64,000 nucleotides of DNA, from contig CATNEN010000025.1 of assembly GCA_950097015.1 (NCBI GenBank), positions 5,890,001-5,954,000 of the forward strand, in the 5' to 3' direction. The notes beneath the pieces were generated by a model. The model had not been told where the DNA came from and made no database searches. It worked only from the letters and a program-made list of their open reading frames with translations. Made by a program: the position numbers and the translations under genes. This document shows positions 13,701-23,469 of this stretch, piece after piece; position 1 is the stretch's first letter; each line of letters begins with the position of its first letter. Origin of the DNA: Macrostomum hystrix. Taxonomy: Eukaryota > Animalia > Platyhelminthes.

Positions 13701-14663
13701 GACCATATTTATTCTAAACCCCCTACTAGACCAATGTCGCGTCAAGCGACATAAAAGTCAAGCAAAGTCAAATCCATATGCTGCCAGTCAGCGTATGTTT
13801 CGATAATTTTCTTATCAAAACTTTTGCAACTCAGAGCACTGCTAATCTTCTTGTCTCCTCTCTGACAACTTCTCATCCGTGAGCATCGCTGCTGGTTATC
13901 TTTCATGCATCAGCTGGCGGGCTCTTCTGAGACGCCACTATCATGCAGGATTTTTATCCCGGGAAGGGCGACGAGTATAGAGGAGGAGAGGATGGTATCA
14001 TAGAATGGGTTTTGGGATTTCGAGTTTTGGACGAATTTGAAAGAAAGAATCAGAAGAATCAAGAGGCAGAGCGGGGCGAAGTGGGGAGCGGAGGGGGAAG
14101 GGTGAAAGAGGGGCAAGGAAAGGCAAAAAGGGAGCTAATTACAGCGCGCATACAGCATCCCGTGATCCTGCCGTATAGAATGATAATTGCCGCAGCCAGA
14201 AGATCGCAGCGGAAGAGGAAGTGGCCAATTTTGTTTCAGTTTCAGGTTCTCGTCCCCCCCCTATGGCTGCAACGAATGATATTTTAGCTTGCTCAGCCTG
14301 CTACCATCGGGCAACTGATATATATATAATGAGTATAGTGTATTTTACTCTTATTGTTTGATATCGTGAATGAACGAACGTGCACTGAGATCTGTACTCC
14401 AATCTGCTAAGAAGTATTCAGAATTACAATTTGCAGTCAATTTATTTTAATTTAAGACAGTCCTTAATAAACTGCGAGTTTTTAGTAAAGAATCAATTAT
14501 TATTTGCAATTTATTGATTATTAATTTACCTTTTTTAATTTAATAAATAAATGAGGACTTAGAATGAAAAATTTACTAAGTAGTATGCATATAGAGTTGA
14601 TTCTTACACCTCGCGTTTATTTTTTTATTTCAAAATCTAATGCAGGAACAGATTTTAGCTGAA

Positions 14664-14790
14664 GGAGCTTGTAGCTAAGTGGATATAGAGCTTCTGACGT
14701 CTGACTGAAAGGTCGGGAGTTCGAATCGCTGCCCAGGAGGGAAACAATTTGTGCCCATGAACAGGGCAACTTAATTACGAAGTAAATAAT
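14664..14790 (+). mobile_element. tRNA-derived SINE-like fragment
   Basis: A-box-like tagctaagtgg (14672-14682), B-box gagttcgaatc (14717-14727), then gtgcccatgaacagggcaactta resembling SINE central domains. No clean cloverleaf. Confidence 0.45.
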
Positions 14791-14844
14791 TTTACAGCTG
14801 TACACCAGGCTGGGGTTCTGAAGTCCTTTTGATGTGTCCCTTCT

Positions 14845-15382
14845 GGTTTACTCCCGATTCGCCGAATCCCGATTTGCCGAATCCCGATTCGCCGAATCCC
14901 GATTTGCCGAAACTCCTGACTCGAATCTTGATTCGCTGAATCCTGATTCAATACATCTTATTTTATGATAAATTAAAATTAAACCACATAACCATTGCCC
15001 TCTTTGAGTGTTGTCAAACATTGGAACTCTATTTCTATTGTATTGAAATTAATTAAAAAACTAACTTAAATGAAATGCAGTTTCTTGATTCATTAACTTG
15101 TAAAACTTGCTTCTAAACTTTGTTAACTTTCTGGAACGTAGATTGAGTGAGCAAAGAAGAACATCACACGTACTTCGGAAAAAGAAAACTTGTTGGACAT
15201 CCTTGTAGAGCCGAAAGTAAAAGTGTAATGAGGTACGGTAGCTCAGCAAAAAATGTTCTTAGGAATTTTTTCAGCAAAGAGGGAATTCGGCGAATCGGGA
15301 ATCGGCGAATCGGGAATCGGCGAATCGGGAATCGGCGAATCGGGAATCGGCGAATCGGGATTCGGCGAATCGGGAGTAAACC
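14845..15382. mobile_element. Foldback/MITE-like non-autonomous element with tandemly repeated TIRs
   Basis: GGTTTACTCCCGATTCGCCGAATCCC at 14845 and its exact reverse complement ending at 15382. Arms built of a 15-bp unit. AT-rich non-coding interior. No TSD found. Confidence 0.75.
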
Positions 15383-15869
15383 TTACATTTTATAGCCTCA
15401 ATGTGTGTTTGTCCGAACCAAATAATGTAGCTCGTATATTCAAAGATCATATAGAGAATATATAATCTATGGTCCAAACTAGGATGCACGCGCGTGTTTA
15501 TGGTCATATAGGACCATAGACATAAAGAAAACGTAATGCTTTTGTTTCTTTAGTGGAAAATCAAACTGTGAAATCGAATCCAATCCAGTTCGATTTCACA
15601 AGCGCCGCTTGAAGCCAAATGCTTCCACTTAGACCAACGACCAAAGCGAGCTCTGTACTATGCCTAATTTAACAACGTAAAATTAATTATTTCAAAATGC
15701 ATAATTAAATTGATTTATAATAAAATTCCATTTCGCTGACTCCTGAGAACACACCCAAGTAAGCACACTGCACAGCCTCGCCGCGGAGTCGAGTTCAGAA
15801 AACCTGGTGCTGTAGAGAGCGACGCGTTAGACCGCTCTGCCACTCACCCCCGCGATAGACAAAGTGCAG

Positions 15870-16537
15870 AAGTAGATAGACACGGTAGAGAGGTAGGCAG
15901 ACACGGTAGAGAGGTAGGCAGACACGGTAGAGAGGTAGGCAGACACGGTAGAGAGGTATATAGACACGGTAGAGAGGTAGATAGACACGGTAGAGAAGTC
16001 GATAGACACGGTAGAGAGGTCGATAGACACGGTAGAGAGGTAGATAGACACGGCAGAGAGGTCGATAGACACGGCAGAGATGTTGATAGACACGGTAGAG
16101 AGGTCGATAGACACGGCAGAGAGGTCGATAGACACGGCAGAGATGTCGATAGACACGGTAGAGAGGTAGATAGACACGGTAGAGAGGTAGGCAGACACGG
16201 TAGTCTCTACTTTATCTCTATCTAAAGTAGAGATAGATAGACACGGTAGAGAGGTAGATAGACACGGTAGAGAGGTAGATAGACACGGTAGAGAGGTAGA
16301 TAGACACGGTAGAGAGGTAGATAGACACGGTAGAGAGGTAGATAGACACGGTAGAGAGGTAGATAGACACGGTAGAGAGGTAGATAGACACGGTAGAGAG
16401 GTAGATAGACACGGTAGAGAGGTAGATAGACACGGTAGAGAGGTAGATAGACACGGCAGAGAGGTCGATAGACACGGCAGAGATGTTGATAGACACGGTA
16501 GAGAGGTCGATAGACACGGCAGAGAGGTCGATAGACA
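15870..16537. repeat. 21-bp minisatellite (gatagacacggtagagaggta)
   Basis: About 30 units, interrupted at ~16201-16233 by an inverted segment. Confidence 0.96.
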
Positions 16538-16686
16538 ATCATGGTTGGATTGGCGTTCATGGAACTACGTGTTATCGCAACTCAACCCCATGGTAGATTT
16601 AGACTCAAAACTTAAATTTAATCGCATGTATACTTGAGTTTTAGAACTGCTTTTTAATCTCCACGTTTGCCTTTACCGCATCTAGA

Positions 16687-18830
16687 CTGGCCAGCAGCGC
16701 CCAGTTACTCATTCTGGTTGTGCCCTTCCTGATCTGCGTCCTGGAATCCTGTCTGTCGAGCTATGCTCCCTTCGTGTTCTGCTGTACGATGCACTCTGCT
16801 GCCTCCTGTGCGCCGCCTGCTGCCTGAGAAAGCATTGTGCAGCAGCGGCAAAGACAATCGCAACAATGGCATAGCAGTCGTTGAGTCAACATTGTCAGAT
16901 GAGGACAGCAGCGGGCAGCAGAACCGGCGACCTAGCAACGACTGCCAGACAGTGTATCGCTCCATTGTGTACCTGTCCATAGCGGTGTGCATCTATTTCA
17001 GAGACCAGCGCAACCAGCGCGACCACCTTCGGCACCGGAATAATGAATGTTGGACTCGGCTGCTTCATTTTCTGCATCGGGTCTCTCGGCCCAACGGCTA
17101 CTAGGACGAAGGCCGACGTTAACTCGTTGGTTTATCGCTCTTCTAGGTCAAAATTGAAGGTAGCTGCACTCTTTCACAAAAGTATTGTATATTCTTCTCT
17201 ACGGATCTAGTTTTTTAGCTGATTGAATCATGACTTCCATCAGGTCAAGTGTCTCCAACCAGATTCTGTTCAAGAACTCCGCACCCATGGATTTGTTTTC
17301 CAAGTTAGCCTTCTTCAGCCGTGTATATTTCTTTTGTGCAGGTACAGAACCCCCCTTTGCCTTGCTTCTGACTCAAAAGACCAGCGACAATGAAGAAGGC
17401 CGGCGCTCAGTTTCTGCTTCTAGCCTGCTGCGGACTAATGAAGTCCATCTCCATGGTGATTAGGTTGCGAGCTCCTGGCGAGAGTATGGCGTTCACTGGA
17501 ACGCTTTTTTCTCATTGGCTGTAGCCAAGCTGGCCGGCACAGCGCTGGAACTATTCCTCCTGCCAGCCAGCCTGCCGCCCATTGCCGCCGGCCTTGCGGT
17601 TAGCCTCTTACATTCTGGCGCCCGGCAAAGGCGAGCCGTTCAACCGCGACAGCCTGCTTGGCGCCAACCGGGAAGGCATCTGCTTAAGTCCGGGCCTGCA
17701 GCTCGGCCGCTGGACTGGCGACTGTGCCAGCCAGTTGAACAGCCGGGCCGCTGGCGCAGCGCTGCGCAGATTAGTCTTCCGTCTGCTCTGCTCGCCGGCT
17801 GCCTTGTCTATTGGATCCTGCTGGGCCGGAGTCGCGTCGGCTGGTCAATTTGAGCTATGCAGATTGCCGTAGAATCACGTAGATTGCCGCCTTCTCCGCA
17901 TTCGCATTGGCCAGCGTGGCGCTGGTGCTGGCAGCTAGACGGGAGCTGCACTGTCCGTATACAGTCGGAGCCAGCTGTGCTCAGTCCATGGATGGGAGGG
18001 CCGCCACAAACGCCAAAGTTTCTACTCCTGCAGCTATAGGGTTCAGCGTCAACAGTTCGCTGCGAGGCCAAATTCATTTGGGGCCCAGCTGCAGAGAGAA
18101 GGCTTGTCGAGGCGATATATGCCCTTAAAGGCCAACCCCCAAGGCACAGTGAGTGTACAGTGCCAGACCACGAGAGTGTTAGCCTGCGTTAGTATCCGTG
18201 TGCGTGTCCGCTACGGTTAGCGGAATGGGCAGTAAAGTTTCCACATGCGCCGTGTTTATTATCTGTATGGGTGGGTAAATCGATTTTATGCGGAAGAAAC
18301 TACTTAAGTACACATTTTCCCCATTGGCTAAGATTCTGCCTTCCAGCTTTTCAGTTTAGGAGCCGGAAGTTTTCGTTACTGTGTTATACAACTTGTTGGC
18401 CTTGAACTAGGCTGTAAAAGCAGACAGCCAAACTAAACCATTGGGAATTTACTATATGCCTGAAACTGGTGTCTAGAGAACTCTTGAGAACTGTTGTCTC
18501 TAGAAAACTCATGCTACTTACTAAAAGTAGGCACGCGAGTATTGTGCTACAACTGCAAGTATATTACTGTGCCCCATAAAAACATCCAGACTATTTCTAC
18601 GAGCATCGGAGCCGCGAGATGGCAGCCTGGCACCAATGTACCTGCGCCACGTAGACTCAGCTGGCCTGCTGTACTTCCAGGTGTCCAACCTGTTTACGGG
18701 CCTGTACAATCCAGTAGTGGCGAATTACGTGGTTCCCAATCGAGAGAAAATCGATGGGCGGGTCCTGCTTCGTCCTGGTGCTGCTGTACATGGCGATTGT
18801 TTACCCGATGGCTTGAACTGCTCAGAAACT
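16687..18830 (+). pseudogene. PIGW: PIGW/GWT1 (GPI inositol acyltransferase) pseudogene, intron-containing, multiply frameshifted
   Basis: Collinear family motifs in shifting frames: LILVVPFL (~16706), VYRSIVYLSIAVCI (16952), TTFGTGIMNVGLGCFIF (17022), EYGVHWNAFFSLAVAKL (17482), SLLGANREGIC (NREG at 17666), ESRRLVNLSY (17829), GLLYFQVSNLFTGLYN (~18660), FVLVLLYM (~18770). These match PIGW YGTGxMDxGVG, EYGVHWNFF, NREG, SRRxxNL and FFLLSNxxTGLxN motifs recalled from family knowledge. Confidence 0.85.
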
Positions 18831-19240
18831 GCTCAACATTCGATTGCTGCACAGCCGCCAGACTAGATGCATCGGCTGCTGCATCAGCAAAATGCTGAGA
18901 CCACTGCTTACAGCAGTGCTTTGCAAAGGCTCTCTCAGCCTGCAAGAAACGGCATGTCACTCATGTAGCATTTGAATGATAAATCAGAGGCAGAACAAAG
19001 AAGCGAAAGGAAAAATAAATATATTTTACTTGCGAAGCTTATAAAAAAAGAAACACTTTATATAGTCGTTTATTAAATGTCCAGAAATAATTGGTCATCC
19101 AAGTTCTGCACAAACTTAGTAAACCCAGTTAGACGAAGTGGTGATTGTCTTTTATTTAAACTTATTTTGTAAATTTGTGGTACATGATAAATTCTAAAAT
19201 TGTGATCCAGACAATAAGAAAGACCCGTCATGCTGGTCAT

Positions 19241-22200
19241 GACTTGACTTGACTTAGCTGCAGGGGGCATCCTTCGGATGCAGCGGGGAGGCGTTGCCGC
19301 CCATTCCGCTAGCCCCTGGCGACCTCGGGCAACTAAAGCTGCGGTGTCGCGCAGGGGGATCCGGGGATGCCGGCGTCCGCAGCGCGGTCCTCCTCCGGAG
19401 AGTCCAGGAGGTGGAGAGTCGCTCGCCCGGTGGCCCTTAGGAAACGGACGAGCTGGCAGATGTTCTCAGGCCTGAAAACGTCGGGGAGATCCGTGTTTGG
19501 GCCGAGATTGGTGAGCCTGTCCTGAGTGAAGGCGGGGCAGTCGCAAATAAAATGCTCTGCATCCTCAACGTAGGAGAGGCAGAAGGGGCACTCCTCACTG
19601 CGGATTTTGACTTGCTGGAAGCGGTGCCTGGCGAAACAGCCATGGTCAGAGAGGGCCATGGTGACAGCCCTGATGTCCCTGCGGTTCAGTCCAAGCAAGG
19701 CTTTGCGAAGGGCAGTGGAGGGACAAGGGACAGCAGCGCGAGACTGCCGACAATCGGCGGTATTGATCCATCTGTCCTTGTGCTTTGAGGCCACCCAACT
19801 GGTTAATCCGAGTGTCGACGACGGCGGTATTGGTGGAGACCGCAGGCACGGGGACAAAAAGCGAACCCGTCGAACCGGCCTTGTCGAAGTGGTCGGCCAA
19901 TTCGTTACCGGGGTGGCCAGAGTGCCCTGGAATCCACCTTAGGGACACCTTGTTGTGGGTCCCTAAGCGGTTGAGTTGCGCGACGCAGTCAAGGACTGTG
20001 CGCGAGCAGGTGTGCGTGCGTCCAAGGGCATGGATCGCCGCCTGGCTGTCCGAGTGGAGGAAGATTTCTGCTCCGTGGACATTTTGATTGATCAGCTCCA
20101 GGGCGCAGGAGCTGATGGCGAGAACTTCGTTCTGGAAAACGGTAGAGTTTATGCGGTGTGCTGGGAGAAGGTCGCCACAGTTTTCCCTCCGGACATAATG
20201 CAGTAGCCGAAACCAGAGACCGAGTTGATTTGCGAACCATCGGTGAAGCAGTGAATTTCACGGGTTTGGCCGTGGTCACGTACTTCCTGGCGAGTCGGAA
20301 TGCTGGTTTTGAATTTGAGCCGTGGGCATAGCGTCGACGGAATTCCATCTGAGAGAATTTTGAGGCCTCCTGCTGCGTCCAGGTCCCGTAGGCTGAGGTC
20401 GCCGTGGGGCTGGAGGTTCCACTTGCTGAAGGCAAGTTGCTTCCGGATGGAGACGCCCGCGTCCAGAAGACGACGAGCCGTCTTCATCGCTTCCCCTTTC
20501 ATAAGAAGATCTAAAGGGGGAAGGTCCACGAAGGCATTCATGCCAGCGAAGGGAGTGGAGGGTGCCGCACTCATGATGGCTCGACAAGCACGGCCCTGCA
20601 CCTTGTTTAGGGCCTCCAAGACCCCTTTGGTCTCCAGGGCACTATTCCAGATGAAGCCGGCAAAAGCAATGGCTGGTCTTACAATGGTAGTGTAAATCCA
20701 CCAGAGACGGCGGGGGGTGAGGCCCTAGGTAGCACCGAAGGCTCTGCGGATCTGCGCGAGCGTCGCGAGAGCTTTGCGAGTTTTGAGTTTGACGTAAGGT
20801 GTCCAGCTCAGCCTGTGGTCGAGGATGACACCTAAGCATCTAGTTTGCTTCTCCATGGCAATCAGTTTGTCATAGAGAAGAAGAGGCTCAATCCTGGAGT
20901 TTCGTTTGCTGGTGAACATAATGGCAACGGTCTTGGACTCAGAGAGTTTGAGGCCGCAGCTATGAGCCCAGCGCTCGGCACGGTGGATGAAAGCTTGCAA
21001 AAGCTTACAAAAGCTGCTAAGTGTTGTGAGCTGCGTCTCATAACGACCTTGCCCCGACCCCTGCGTCTCCAGCCCTTCCACCCCGGCCGCCTGCTCAATC
21101 CGGTTCTGCCCGGCCCCGGCTTAGGCCACCCCCCGTTGGCGTGTTTGTCATTCGCCCATTGGCTGTCCCCTGTGCCGTCCTCGCTAGTCCAATCAGGCCT
21201 CTCGCCAAGGAGGCTTCTGATTGGCTAGCCGGTCTCCTTCTCTCTCTCTCTCGGCTTGCAGCCGACCCCAGCCCAGCCCTGTTTGCTACCACCCCAGCCC
21301 TGCGTGGCTTAGCCCTACCCCGTCCAGCCCTATGCCCTCGCCCCACCCCACGCTGTTATTTATTTGCGCGCGCTGCCCGTAGCCAGCCCCCGCGCCTCCA
21401 GAGTACTAGGGCGAGAACGTTGGCGAAGCTAATACAACATTAGAAAGTAGAATCCATAATAAACTACGCAGCCTGAAGCACAATTTATAGCATGAGTTCA
21501 ACGTTCAACCCCTCCCGGTAAGAAAAGCATTCACGCGTTATTTATTTCTTTATTATCGAATCTTGTTCCTCTGCCCAACCTCGGCTGCTGCCAAAAACTC
21601 ACCATCATCCTTCTCCTCCAGAGTCTTCCTCGAGTCTGCGAAGTGTCGGTACGCTTCCAGACCATCATCTACCTCTCTCTTGGGCTGTCGAGTGGCTACC
21701 CGCTCGCAGTCAAAACCTTCAGTCAGGGCTTAGCGAGTGTCGGTACGCTCCAAGTCCATCCCGTCTCTCCTCGGAGTGTCTGGACGCCTCGAGGGTCGCT
21801 GCTTCCCCCCCTCTACCCCCGGCAAGCTTTGGGCGGTCCGTACCCGAACCCCCACTACCGCGTTGGCGAACTGCCGACAATACGAAAGAATTACAACACT
21901 AAGGACCGGGGAGACGGTCGGGCCACAGTAGCGGTGACGTCGTCAGCATAGCCGATCTTTTGGACCGGGTCCTAGTCAGGGCTGCAGAGCAGCTCGTCCA
22001 TGAAAAGGTTCCAAAGGATCGGACTAAGAACGCCACCCTGCGGGCCTCCCTTCTGGACTTTCACAGAGCGGGATCGTGGCCAAGCAGGTGCGAGGTAGCA
22101 GTTCGATGAGAGATTATATACATGATCCAGCGGGTGAGGTGCTCATGCGTAGCCCGGCGTTCCAGGGCTCGCCTAAAGGCTCCGAAGAGCACATTGTCGA

Positions 22201-22647
22201 AAGCACAATCATTGTCGAGGAAAAGCGAGAGAGCAAAACCGGTGCCAAGCACGGCGCGCTCCAGCTTGTCGACAATGGCATGCAGAGCACTTTCGATGGA
22301 GCGCCCGGATCGAAAGGCGTGCTGGAGTTCCTCAGCTCAACGTGAAGGAGGCGCCAAAGAACTAGCCTTTCAAAGCAGCTTAAGAAAGAAAGATGTTAAG
22401 CTGATGGGGCGGAAGGCTTTGGTGGAATGGTAGTCTCCCTTCCCAGGTTTGGGGATGAAGACGATGGTGGCTTCCTGCCAAGACCTGGGTACGTACCCGA
22501 GGGTGATGCAGGCCTTAAACAGGTTGCAGAGGAGGCCGAGAAACCTGTGATTTTTCACCGCTTCATGTAGGAAGGCGGGGTAAATGTTGTCAGGGTCCAG
22601 GCGACTTAAAATGTGAGAAGGAATTAGCAGCGCGAGCTGTCCGTTCT
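19241..22647 (-). mobile_element. 5'-truncated, decayed non-LTR retrotransposon (RT + RNase H + C-terminal Cys/His knuckle; LOA/Lian-like)
   Basis: NSFxxFKSPGPD, FRPISLTSFFLKLL, PQGGVLSPILWN, YADD (21939-21950), RNase H CFTDGS...SDSQAAI...[30 protein letters not shown]. (AAGTC)3 tail. 15-bp TSD cgtcatgctggtcat at 19226-19240 and 22648-22662. Frameshifts present. Confidence 0.92.
21022..21898 (+). mobile_element. Solo LTR (877 bp) inserted in the LINE RT domain
   Basis: TGTTGT...ACAACA termini; 5-bp TSD CTAAG at 21017-21021 and 21899-21903; internal CCAAT (~21189) and AATAAA (~21458); no internal ORF. Confidence 0.88.
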
Positions 22648-23469
22648 CGTCATGCTGGTCATACTGGTTCCTTAAATTACAGGCATTTAGTCTTTTGAGA
22701 GGCTACAGAAGAAAGCCGCAAGGCCACGTTCGACGCATTTGAAAATGGATAATTTATATATCGAAACATTGCTTTGATAAGCCGTTCGTGTAGATTAGCT
22801 TATTTGTTTTAAATTAAACGCTTAATAGGTTGGGTACTGATTGGCAATGATTATGCTGAACAAAATTTGTAATGCATAACCTTTGTTGTCGCTCTCTTAA
22901 AAATACATTGTTCCAGAAATCCTTACATTTGTTATCTAGACGTACAATAGTTTACCCATATCGGTAAATCTCATCAACCAAAGGCAGCAGCTAGTTTCCA
23001 CGTAATCAGGTAACCTGAGATTAGCGAGTGCGGAATGAATTTTAAGAAAAAATCACCGGCTATCTTCCATTCCCCAAATATTGAGTGGACTCAACTCAAA
23101 GGCGCAGTAAAACTCATCTTTTTTTCGTTAACCATATCGAGCATTGTTTTTATACATCACATACGAACACAATGGCACAGTTTTTTAATTAGAAAATCGT
23201 GTTATTGGAAGGATTTTTCTTGCTCCTTACATCAATTAGTAATATTGCTTTGTTAACCCACGGCTAGATTTGCGCGGGATTTTAACTAAACTAAATTCAG
23301 TATTAAGTTCTAATTTTTCAAGTTTTTTTGTAACATTTTTAAACTCGAGCTGCAGAGCTTCGCAACCCATATATTATATAGTGTAAATATACCAAGCTAA
23401 GACGCTGTATACACAGGCACGTTTGAATGTCTTTGTGATTGTCAGCTTTTTATTTAAAAAATCGAAAGC

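Noticed and set aside
23269-23282. E2F-like site tttgcgcgggattt upstream of SMC1
   Set aside because: Imperfect match; a better TTTGGCGC occurs in a non-promoter location (~37288), so it is not discriminating.
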